Source of the DNA: Candidatus Eiseniibacteriota bacterium
GTDB taxonomy: Bacteria; Eisenbacteria; RBG-16-71-46
Direction: 5' to 3'
Assembly: GCA_038231135.1 (NCBI GenBank)
Contig: JBBRLX010000012.1
Coordinates: 45,944-109,943, forward strand
Length of the DNA stretch: 64,000 nt
Positions 11,301-18,408 of the stretch are shown one piece after another. Position 1 is the stretch's first letter, and each line of letters starts with the position of its first letter. A program made the translations under genes and the position numbers. The notes under the pieces are model-generated. The model was not told the DNA's origin and made no database searches. It saw only the letters and a list, made by a program, of their open reading frames with translations.

Positions 11301-11943
11301 GAAGGCCGATTCGGGCTACCTGTTCGTGCTGCAGGACATGCTCAACACCGGCATGTACGCGGCGCACGGGGGCACGGTGAACGTGTGGGATTCGGGCTCG
11401 CGGTTCGCGGTCGCCGGTCAGAACAAGGTGCTGCTCGCCGACGGCAAGACCCCCGCGCCGGGTTTCAAGTCGATCCATTTCGGATCGCCCAACGAATACG
11501 CGTTCGAGTACCTGATGTCGGGCGGCGATAACTCGTTCCACGTCGTGATGGGACTCCAGAAGCCCGACGCGCGCGGCAACCTGTCGCTCAAGCCGCGGCC
11601 GTATTCCGGAAAGTTCTTCATGTCGGGCGCCGCGGCCGGCCGCGTGTTCGTATTCGACCCGCTCGTGAAGCTCGATCCTGCGCAGTACACGGGCAACGTG
11701 CTGTCGGCGGTCACGCCCGAGGAGTGGGCCCGGGAGATCGGCCCGTTCATTGCGGACGAGGCGGGGCGGCGCGGGCTGCCGATCCGCATCGAGGGGGACG
11801 CGATCCGCATCCGGCTCGACGGCGAGTGGCAGCGCTGGCACCGGGACGAGGCGTTCGCGAAGCTGATCCCGGTCAGGATCGCGAAGGCCGCGCAGCAGCA
11901 GGGCATCGCCCCGCCGGCGCTGACCCAGATCGTCGGGGAATAG
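5395..11943 (+). CDS. gltB: Glutamate synthase-like multidomain protein, permuted order: degenerate FMN barrel + FMN/Fe-S domain + internal class II (Ntn) amidotransferase + GXGXG domain (2182 aa)
   Basis: FMN-domain motifs TSSGEGG, QAASGHFG, EIKINQGAKPGKGG, SPDPKHDIYSIED, LASGGLR and CNQCGNCHLDCP. Amidotransferase motifs ERDSCRVG, HHRYPTNS, AHPF, LMHNGE, TDTE. C-terminal Gly-rich beta-helix (GDFIGA, YAAHGG, EYLMSGG, FMSGAAAG). Confidence 0.85.
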   Translation: MTTESHHPPDGLLLAFDRTQRGAAELMPQLALWEDLLALVVDPDSPRVADRARKRELLSFLLERGGIDEAAFWNLGRGRRGRMFLARWSRVSREIPQLELTSFDLDKVLKERHRHEPLTVGAAWHHGFWRSYFSHAAITHPANDGLREEFSTAWDIGRRHPAVMFRTGAGIEFQPLRSIRLALPMIVGPFRHTDGITLERAWLEAVAGPQPADGPSGGSLVVVDGMRFMENVAELLPHARHLVVRVRHAQLAAIDAAWPSSAALRDLLAVARMIEVVWSPGIATDVAALRERHPELLVSVFMKYEAGGRIEAGQGTTQDFWRALEDTVRLESVAMIHYHAGPEKSYRLTPRIDAYLKARFLRARVQLVSAGGDTDTQASAATVYESVLLGANGGAMTDVAAIALLPGLIEVYHGADPAPVLEELKSLPKRELRELAANSLDCWQHSILDFLSCMGIDDIQKTSGNTMAITMTEDWIREVDALATPAFGAVNRELNAARIAAEPVPADVRERYRVSSLLTERVAELPLVAAAKILAHDNANFHLENTNRNLSADFLEVIYRMAAGELPTADEFLIDSDMGELSLDSVGVQVSRESIAWSLARLARDPALLDYVSLAVPRGFMRPGAVAAGARVEIRAASDGPALVAFTADARGGFEHPLAAGHPLDAALAGDSPLWLVVRDAAGAERRTELQALAHGGHGLGVARASRDGAVTLRRDPRGGVVIAGFGFREPIWHGPVAHASISLGAASEDFLTARIEGNAGLAMTSSGEGGPIRFAGGEMAWESMQAASGHFGIHAADLRRVRDVEIKINQGAKPGKGGRLSGAKVTSTVSRARNIPIGTDALSPDPKHDIYSIEDMPAEVWLWLLYHNHCGIKITGSNYTRFVAAGMWSNFVVDYLLVDAGLGGSGNYHADSSHVGWPDIFRTILHTHHALVSEKVDLDRSGRLQSLRDSNGAPFGATGGTRLLASGGLRGELDMIKVLIAGADALVEASIGKAVAFGCNQCGNCHLDCPRGGITTKPELTVQNDRVLMRQRFRNWTVLNMVKLAVLIDAMNRESGALDEAGQVAVASMLLSDIRQLRGRTDLLAMPVRPRPADGSVHGTVATPSAMTARAADASGAPAIVTSGAGAGTRLEPERDSCRVGSLAVSEPVTVHAIWESARLSYNGGNNRGGGIDFAGFAPAAVREKTCVIVNTIGPDRADTMREMLDHFAGCRFFDAAGAKLTLDQVRSRLPEFRVPVRGQCAAEDGWRLADLRENPGDFTVLFVDLRDDVLDRYGRMLLASEHWLQRLTKYGEFAAEPAPDQLEDFTADVREEYFTALAHLLDSRYYRTHAPAGSTPPAGKYAAKRRGFVVSMGEDLGAIKISGWTHTIPEYFDFDRFWAGYPGAAPDGVDMRIKGRPLRTTALHAHVWGMHHRYPTNSPAIDAEGRGNPAGAHPFKAYNVLLMHNGEQVAVDSTAPFLMEYGYVHADPTMGPGHADYHGDSVYERKALTDTEYAAYLVDFTRRVLGLTTEEASQIISPITGFDLANMDPVRRTKFELLMRNYVQLTPTGPYKFTIVESRRHHAPSANGGARSARVVGFRENMDIKFLRPHEIVVSTDTGKGGVHVVANGSEAKIADSMLRALHVQGVLPDAAHDLRFNMRPGGTPERRDYGGVFEAFTVPGSGRLDLSNRFGEPVEVARRGAKVDFAVPLDQAVARANGPWKQQIDARLRQLAAAVDPLADAAGRRRRFGPDDDLPAPASELLESLLDHTRSVTFEDYRCLVEHALPEWARGGATPEPVKDVRTAVALRILTELRKRVSLGDLGGKSLSSMEYLTDGGRSADGSPEGGVYRLLDRVTPLHAALAPPAPSGRWGRLTLGTRDDLLPPTDPERDVLVIDFRGFESESFRMDSASRTVSEAVRMGWRQFVGYDFIGGPRYIGTNLPAADGLAAVGVTLELYGREFGDFIGALLEGARVFVYGQGESHVGMKADSGYLFVLQDMLNTGMYAAHGGTVNVWDSGSRFAVAGQNKVLLADGKTPAPGFKSIHFGSPNEYAFEYLMSGGDNSFHVVMGLQKPDARGNLSLKPRPYSGKFFMSGAAAGRVFVFDPLVKLDPAQYTGNVLSAVTPEEWAREIGPFIADEAGRRGLPIRIEGDAIRIRLDGEWQRWHRDEAFAKLIPVRIAKAAQQQGIAPPALTQIVGE

Positions 11944-12021
11944 ACCCGGCTCGATTTCGTGGCCGGTCTTGGCTAGGTTCTCCGGGTTGCCCGCCTGCGC
12001 GGGCGGCACCGGAGGCCGACG

Positions 12022-12525
12022 ATGACCGAGATTCCCGCGGACGATCCCACCACCCGGCTGTTCCTGCGTCACGCGCTCGCGACGCTCGCCTACCGCGCCG
12101 GGAAGACCGTGCGCGGGACGCCGGCGGAGTTCGGCGCGTATCGCGCGACGCCGGACGCGCCGTCGTGCGTCGAGATCCTGGCGCACATGGGCGACCTCAT
12201 GGAGTGGGTGCTGCGGATGGTGCAGGGCGAGCCGCGCTGGACCACGGCGACGCCGCTCGCGTGGTCCGGCGAGATCGCGCGGTTCTTCGCCGCGCTCGGC
12301 GCGCTGGACGCGCAGCTCGCGTCGAACGCGCCGATCCGGTTCGAGCCGGCGCGGCTGTTCCAGGGCGGCATCGCGGACGCATTCACCCACACCGGGCAGC
12401 TCGCGATGCTGCGCCGCATGTCGGGGCACAAGATGCCGGGCGAGAACTACGCGCGGGCCGACATCGTGGCCGGGCGCGTAGGGCTCGACCAGATACCGCC
12501 CGAGCCGAAGTACGAGTTCGATTGA
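12022..12525 (+). CDS. DinB/YfiT-like four-helix protein
   Basis: EILAHMGDL and DAFTHTGQLAMLRR His motifs; GGAGG RBS. Confidence 0.7.
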   Translation: MTEIPADDPTTRLFLRHALATLAYRAGKTVRGTPAEFGAYRATPDAPSCVEILAHMGDLMEWVLRMVQGEPRWTTATPLAWSGEIARFFAALGALDAQLASNAPIRFEPARLFQGGIADAFTHTGQLAMLRRMSGHKMPGENYARADIVAGRVGLDQIPPEPKYEFD

Positions 12526-12553
12526 GCCCGCCGAGCCGGGAACTGGAGCACTG

Positions 12554-13276
12554 ATGAGTGCCGGAGATATGCAGGACCGGGTCCAGGCGCTGGACGTGCG
12601 CTTCGCCGTGCCCGCTGCGGGCGACGTGTCGGGCCTGTGGCTGCGGCCGACCACGGCGCACGCGGCATTCGTGTTCGCCCATGGCGCGGGCGCCGGCATG
12701 CGGCACGAATTCATGGAGGACCTGTCGCAGCGGCTGGCATTGCGCGGGGTCGCGACGTTGCGCTACGCGTTTCCCTACAGCGATCGCGGCAGCCGGCGCA
12801 TCGATCCGCAGCCGGTGCTGCTCGCGACCGTGCGGGCCGCCGTAGCCCGGGCCCGCGAGCTGGCGGGAGGTCTGCCGCTGGTGGCGGGCGGCAAGTCGAT
12901 GGGAGGGCGCATGACGACGCTCGCGGCTTCGGCGGCGCCGCTCGACGGCGTGCGAGGCATCGTGCTCACGGGGTTTCCGCTGCACGCGGCCGGCGCGCCG
13001 CCCAATGTGACGCGCGCCCAGCACCTCACGACGGTCGGCGTGCCGATGCTGTTCCTCCAGGGCACCCGCGATTCGCTCGCCGATCTCGAGCTGATGCGCG
13101 GGGTGTGCGACGGCCTCGGCGCACGCGCCACGCTGCACGTGGTGGACGGTGCCGACCATGGCTTCCACGTGCTCAAGCGCTCGGGACGCGACGACGACGC
13201 GGTGCTCGACGAGCTGGCCGATACGATCGACCACTGGGTGCGCGTACTGGCGCCCGTCGCCGGGGAGGCACCGTGA
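12554..13276 (+). CDS. Alpha/beta hydrolase (KANL3/Tex30-like)
   Basis: AHGAGAGM, GGKSMGGR nucleophile elbow, QGTRD, GADHGF catalytic His. Confidence 0.85.
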   Translation: MSAGDMQDRVQALDVRFAVPAAGDVSGLWLRPTTAHAAFVFAHGAGAGMRHEFMEDLSQRLALRGVATLRYAFPYSDRGSRRIDPQPVLLATVRAAVARARELAGGLPLVAGGKSMGGRMTTLAASAAPLDGVRGIVLTGFPLHAAGAPPNVTRAQHLTTVGVPMLFLQGTRDSLADLELMRGVCDGLGARATLHVVDGADHGFHVLKRSGRDDDAVLDELADTIDHWVRVLAPVAGEAP

Positions 13277-13971
13277 TCTTTCGCGTCGGCACCAGCGGGT
13301 TCTCCTATCCCGAGTGGAAGGGCAGCTTCTATCCCGAGAAGATCAAGGCCGCCGACATGCTGGCGTTCTACGCGCAGCGGTTCGACACCGTCGAGATCAA
13401 CGCGTCGTTCTACCGCATGCCGACCGTCGCGACCGTTGAGGCATGGGCGTCGCAGGTGCCGCCGGAGTTCCGGTTCGTGATGAAGGCGTCGCGGCGCATC
13501 ACCCACGACCGACGGTTGAACGAAGTCTCGGACACACTGACGTTCTTCCTCAACGTCGCGCTGGCGCTCGGCGAGCGGCGCGGGCCGCTGCTGTTCCAGC
13601 TCCCGCCCAACTTCAAGCAGGACCTGCCGCGGCTCGAGGCGTTCCTCGCGCTGCTGCCCGCTACCGTGCAGGCCGCGATGGAGTTCCGCCACGCGTCGTG
13701 GTTCGAGGACCCGGTGTTCGACGCGCTGCGCGCCCGCGGCGTGGCCCTGTGCATCGCCGACACCGAGGATGGCGTCGACGCGCCGTTCGTGGCCACGGCG
13801 CCCTGGGGGTATCTGCGGCTGCGCGACGTCGATTATTCGGACGAGCAACTCGCGGCGTTCATCGAACGCGCGCGGTCGCAGAACTGGTCGGAGGCGTTCG
13901 TGTTCTTCAAGCACGAGGATGCGGGCCGTGGGCCGCAGTTCGCGGAGCGGTTTGTGAAGCTGGCGGGGTAG
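13273..13971 (+). CDS. DUF72 family protein
   Basis: VGTSGFSYPEWKGSFYP, VEINASFYRMP, LFQLPPNF, EFRHASW, YLRLR. GTG start overlaps the upstream stop (GTGA). Confidence 0.92.
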   Translation: MIFRVGTSGFSYPEWKGSFYPEKIKAADMLAFYAQRFDTVEINASFYRMPTVATVEAWASQVPPEFRFVMKASRRITHDRRLNEVSDTLTFFLNVALALGERRGPLLFQLPPNFKQDLPRLEAFLALLPATVQAAMEFRHASWFEDPVFDALRARGVALCIADTEDGVDAPFVATAPWGYLRLRDVDYSDEQLAAFIERARSQNWSEAFVFFKHEDAGRGPQFAERFVKLAG

Positions 13972-14172
13972 AGGGGCCGGCGGCGCAAGGGTCCGATTCT
14001 TCGCTGGAGTGGAGCGCCGGTGTTTGTCCGCCCGAATGGCGGGCGTGTATCCTGTTCGTGAAATCGGACACGCTGCAGCGTATGTCGATCGGCTCTTCTA
14101 TCGACGGCAACACGCGCGCCACATCAACAGATCAGGCACCTAATAGCCGTCGCACACTGGAAAGGCTCGACC

Positions 14173-14988
14173 ATGGCTTTCGTTACCCGTCTCTTCAACG
14201 AGCCCTATCCCATTCGCAAGGCATGCCGCATCGCGATACGCAAATTGAATCTGGGCAGCTATGCGTTTCGTTACGGCATTGGCGCGATTGATCGGCCGCA
14301 CTATGCCTATTTGGTCTGGCAGGCCGCTAAAATGGCGGCGGGCCTTGGGCTTCCACGCGTATCTATTCTGGAATTCGGCGTTGCCGGGGGCACGGGATTG
14401 CTTTCGCTGGAGTATCACGCGGAGCAGGTCGAGAAGCTATTCCCCGTCAAGATCGAGATATATGGGTTCGACACTGGGGAAGGATTGCCGCCGCCGGACG
14501 ACTATCGAGACCTGCCCTATCATTGGAAGGCGGGTTTCTTCAAGATGGATGTCCCGGCGCTGCAGGCGAGGCTCAGGCGATCAAAGCTCGTTCTGGGTAA
14601 TGTCGCCGAGACCTTCGGATCGTTCTTCGAAAACTATGCTCCGGCGCCGATCGGCGCCGTTTCACAGGACCTTGATTTCTACTCCTCCACGGTTGCCGCC
14701 TTGAAGCTGTTTGACGCCGACCACAATCGTTTCCTTCCGCGTATTGCGTGTTATTTCGACGACACGGTCGGCAATGATATCGAGTTCTACAATGACTATA
14801 CGGGTGAACGTCTGGCGATTCATGAATTCAACGCAACTCACGCCGACGCGAAGTTCTCCCCGGCATATTATCTACTGGCCGCGCCGAACATGTCGGTCTG
14901 GCATCACCAGATATGGTCGCTGCATTATTTTGACCACCCGCAATACAACACCTTTGTCAGCGACAAGGATCAACAGCTGGCCCTCTAG
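14173..14988 (+). CDS. SAM-dependent methyltransferase-like protein (TylF/MycF/NovP-like), atypical low-GC codon usage
   Basis: ILEFGVAGG, IYGFDTGEGLP, DLDFYSST, YFDD motifs; many A/T-ending codons. Confidence 0.6.
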   Translation: MAFVTRLFNEPYPIRKACRIAIRKLNLGSYAFRYGIGAIDRPHYAYLVWQAAKMAAGLGLPRVSILEFGVAGGTGLLSLEYHAEQVEKLFPVKIEIYGFDTGEGLPPPDDYRDLPYHWKAGFFKMDVPALQARLRRSKLVLGNVAETFGSFFENYAPAPIGAVSQDLDFYSSTVAALKLFDADHNRFLPRIACYFDDTVGNDIEFYNDYTGERLAIHEFNATHADAKFSPAYYLLAAPNMSVWHHQIWSLHYFDHPQYNTFVSDKDQQLAL

Positions 14989-15023
14989 CGCAACAGCGGC
15001 TGCGGGAGTGGGCGCCCCGGCGC

Positions 15024-15818
15024 TCAAGGCTTCTGCGCCGCTCCGCCCGGTCGAAATATCTGCGCCGCCTCCGCCGCGCCCATGTCCTCCGCGGCATAAT
15101 ACGCCGCCGCCGCCTCGCGCATGCCGGCGCGGGTGTAGGCGTCGGCCCGCGGATGTTCGATGACGTCCCAGATCACCGCGGCCACCTCCTCGACGGGCTG
15201 GGCCGAGGGGAATGCGCGCGAATCGGGGCCGCCGCCGAGCGCGTTCACGCCGAACTCGGTCGCGACGACGCCCGGCGACACTGTCGACACGTGAATGTTC
15301 GGGAACTCCTCCCGCAATTCCATGCGCAGGCTCGCGGTCAGTGCGTTGAGCGCGTGCTTGGCGGCGCTGTAGGCCGAGCGTGGTGGGAACAGCGGAATGC
15401 GGCCCAGCATCGAGGAGATATTGATGATGTGGCCGTGGCCGCGCTCCTTGAAGTGCGGCAGCACCGCCTGCATGCCGTAGAGCGCCGACTTCACGTTGAC
15501 GAGCATCATCTCGTCGAAGTCGCGATCAGTGAGCTGGGACACGGCCCGGGTGATGCCGCGGCCCGCGTTATTCACCCACACGTCCACATGGCCGAACCGC
15601 GATCGGGCGGCATTCAGCACGTGTTCGACGTCGGCGCGAACCGTGACGTCGGCCACCACCGCCAGCGCCTCGGCGCCACAGCGCGCCGCCGCCTCCTGCA
15701 GCTCGGGTTCGCGCCGTGCCGCGAGCACGACCTGGGCGCCGTGTGCCGCGGCGAGGCGGGCAAACGCCGCACCGATGCCGCTGCTGGCGCCGGTGATCAC
15801 CACCACTCGCTCGCTCAT
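15024..15818 (-). CDS. SDR family oxidoreductase
   Basis: ITGASSGIG, NNAG, INISS, YSAAK catalytic motif. Confidence 0.93.
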   Translation of the reverse strand: MSERVVVITGASSGIGAAFARLAAAHGAQVVLAARREPELQEAAARCGAEALAVVADVTVRADVEHVLNAARSRFGHVDVWVNNAGRGITRAVSQLTDRDFDEMMLVNVKSALYGMQAVLPHFKERGHGHIINISSMLGRIPLFPPRSAYSAAKHALNALTASLRMELREEFPNIHVSTVSPGVVATEFGVNALGGGPDSRAFPSAQPVEEVAAVIWDVIEHPRADAYTRAGMREAAAAYYAAEDMGAAEAAQIFRPGGAAQKP

Positions 15819-15907
15819 GAGCGGAGACTAACGTATCGCCTGCGGCGCCGCGACAGGATTGCGGTATGGTCGCCTGTGGAACGTCCCGGGAATCGACGGA
15901 GGAGCCA

Positions 15908-17035
15908 ATGATTCGAGCGGCCATGCGCGGACTGCTGCTGCTGTGCCTCGTGTCGCATGCGGGATTCGCCGTCTCCACAAGCCACGCCGCGAAGCTCCCG
16001 CCCCCGCCGGCCCGCGGCGCCCAACGGGGCACCGCGGCGCGGGAGGGCGATTTCGTCATTCCCAACTTCCGATTCGACTCGGGCGAGTCGCTGCCCGAGC
16101 TGCGTGTGCATTACCTAACGCTCGGGCAGCCGGCCCGCGACGCGCGCAACAGGATCACGAACGCCGTGCTGATCCTGCATGGCACCGGCGGCACCGGGCG
16201 GCAGTTCATGTCGCCGCTGTTCGCGAACGTGCTGTATGGCGAGGGGGCGCTGCTCGACACCACGCGCTACTACGTCATCCTGCCCGACGGCATCGGGCAC
16301 GGCCGCTCGAGCAAGCCGAGCGACGGGCTGCGCGCAAAATTCCCGCATTACAACTACGACGACATGGTCGCCGCGCAATACCGGCTCGTCACCGAGTATC
16401 TCGGCGTCCGACATCTGCGACTGGTGATGGGCACATCGATGGGTGGCATGCAGACGTGGGTGTGGGGCGAATCGCATCCGGACGCCATGGACGCTCTGAT
16501 GCCGCTCGCGTGCCAGCCGGTGCGAATCGCCGGCCGCAACCGGCTGTGGCGCGAGATGGTGAAGGACGCGATTCGCAGCGATCCCGCCTGGCAGGGCGGG
16601 GACTACACGGCGGAGCCCATGGACGGTCTGCGCGCCGCCGCCGATCTGCTCATCATCGCGGGCAGCGCGCCGCTGCGGATGCAGAAGGCGCTGGCGAACG
16701 CCGACAGCGTCGGGATCTGGCTCACGAACACGCTGGCCACCCGGTTGACGACGTACGACGCGAACGACCTGATCTATCAGGTCGACGCGTCCCGCGACTA
16801 CGACCCGTCGCCGAAGCTCGAGTCGATCACGGCGCCGGTGATGTTCGTGAACTCCGCGGACGATTTCATCAACCCGCCCGAGCTCGGCAACGCCGAGCGC
16901 GAGATCCAGCGCGTGAAGCACGGGAAGTTCGTGCTGATCCCGATCGGTGAGAATACGCGGGGTCACGGCACCCACACCGCGGCCGCGGTGTGGAGCAATT
17001 ATCTGGATGAATTGCTGAAGGAATCCACGCACTGA
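15908..17035 (+). CDS. Secreted alpha/beta hydrolase, homoserine O-acetyltransferase-like fold
   Basis: Signal peptide; NAVLILHGTGG, DGIGHGRSSKPSDG, GTSMGG, GHGTH; GGAG RBS before ATG 15908. Confidence 0.85.
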   Translation: MIRAAMRGLLLLCLVSHAGFAVSTSHAAKLPPPPARGAQRGTAAREGDFVIPNFRFDSGESLPELRVHYLTLGQPARDARNRITNAVLILHGTGGTGRQFMSPLFANVLYGEGALLDTTRYYVILPDGIGHGRSSKPSDGLRAKFPHYNYDDMVAAQYRLVTEYLGVRHLRLVMGTSMGGMQTWVWGESHPDAMDALMPLACQPVRIAGRNRLWREMVKDAIRSDPAWQGGDYTAEPMDGLRAAADLLIIAGSAPLRMQKALANADSVGIWLTNTLATRLTTYDANDLIYQVDASRDYDPSPKLESITAPVMFVNSADDFINPPELGNAEREIQRVKHGKFVLIPIGENTRGHGTHTAAAVWSNYLDELLKESTH

Positions 17036-17095
17036 CAGGCATGACCGCGCGGAGTCTGCGCGGAATCGGATGACGCGATGACACAGGAGGCCGAC

Positions 17096-17659
17096 GTGCC
17101 GATGACGGTGGCGGACGCCCAGCGCGAAGTGCGGACGGTGTATCTCGGAGGCTTTCCCGGTCAGATCGTTTCGGGGCTGCTGTGGCTGGGATCGGCCGCG
17201 CTCGGCACGTGGAGTTCGCCGCGTCAGGCGATCCTGCTGCTCGTGATCGGTGGTGTGTTCATCTTTCCGCTCACGATGCTGATGCTCCGGCTGATGGGCC
17301 GCCGGGCCACGCTGAGTTCCGGCAATCCGCTCAACGGGCTCGCCATGCAGGTCGCGTTCACGGTGCCCATGAGCCTGCCGCTGGTCGGCGCCGCCACGCT
17401 GCACCATCTTACGTGGTTCTACCCGGCGCTCATGATCGTGGTGGGCGCCCATTACCTGCCGTTCATGTTCCTCTACGGCATGTGGACGTTCGCTCCGCTG
17501 TGCGCCCTGCTGGTGGCCGGTGGGTTCGTCATCGGCACGTCCGCCCAGCCGTTCACGCTGGGAGGCTGGGTCACCGGCGCGCTGCTGCTGGTGTTTGCCG
17601 TGCTTGGCCTGGTGCTGGCGCGGCGGGAGGACACTCCGGTTCGGGCACCCGCACGTTGA
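17096..17659 (+). CDS. Multi-pass membrane protein of unknown function
   Basis: About 6 hydrophobic segments; FYPALMIVVGAHYLPFMFLYG motif; AGGAGG RBS before GTG 17096 (ORF open from 17078). Confidence 0.75.
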   Translation: MPMTVADAQREVRTVYLGGFPGQIVSGLLWLGSAALGTWSSPRQAILLLVIGGVFIFPLTMLMLRLMGRRATLSSGNPLNGLAMQVAFTVPMSLPLVGAATLHHLTWFYPALMIVVGAHYLPFMFLYGMWTFAPLCALLVAGGFVIGTSAQPFTLGGWVTGALLLVFAVLGLVLARREDTPVRAPAR

Positions 17660-17857
17660 GCGTTCGGCATCGACCGATGTCGAAACTCCCGGTCAATGTA
17701 CCTTCTGCAGAGACGGGGATTGGAGATTCAGGAACGGAATCTCCCGTTTCAAAGGGGTTTCGGGTCGCGAGTCGAATCGTCCTTCTAGCACGATACTTGC
17801 GAGATCGAAGTGCCCAACGGACCCTTCCAGATCCCCCCGACGCGGAGAACGTTTGTC

Positions 17858-18280
17858 ATGATGAGACTCAAGAAGTGGCATGGCCTGCTCGTGGTGGTTG
17901 TCAGTCTCGCGGTGTTCGGTTGTGCCGCGGGCACCATGCAGATGGGCAGCAACTCGGAGATTCCCGGCGCCGCCGGGGCCGCGAAGCTGCACCGCACCAA
18001 GAACGGCAATACCCAGATCACGCTGAGCGTGAAGCACCTCGCGCCGCCCGACAAGGTTACGACCGGGACTTCGGTGTACGTCGTGTGGGTGCAGGGTCTC
18101 GAGTCCGGCGCCCAGGCACAGAACATGGGTGCCCTGCGGGTGAACGACAACCTGACCGGCACCATGGAGGCCGTGACACCCCTCCACGGCTTCGAGCTGT
18201 TCCTCACCGCGGAGGCGGCGCAGACCGTCACCTATCCGTCCGGCAATCATCTGCTGCCTCTGCACTACTCGGGGTCGTGA
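17858..18280 (+). CDS. Putative lipoprotein
   Basis: MMRLKKW + hydrophobic core + lipobox VFG-C; beta-rich mature part (YVVWVQ, QNMGAL, FELFLTAE). Confidence 0.7.
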   Translation: MMRLKKWHGLLVVVVSLAVFGCAAGTMQMGSNSEIPGAAGAAKLHRTKNGNTQITLSVKHLAPPDKVTTGTSVYVVWVQGLESGAQAQNMGALRVNDNLTGTMEAVTPLHGFELFLTAEAAQTVTYPSGNHLLPLHYSGS

Positions 18281-18408
18281 GGCAGGCCGCACGTCGGGTC
18301 GTTCCGCGTTTCATCTCGATCCCCTTGCCTGAGCGCACCGGCGAGGGGATCGTTTCTTGAAGTCGCGACGTCGCCAGCAGTGTCCCATTCTGAAACGACC
18401 GGCCCAGC

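Noticed and set aside
17786..17800. Sigma-54-like sequence TAGCACGATACTTGC
   Set aside because: Lacks the invariant GG at -24 (AG instead).
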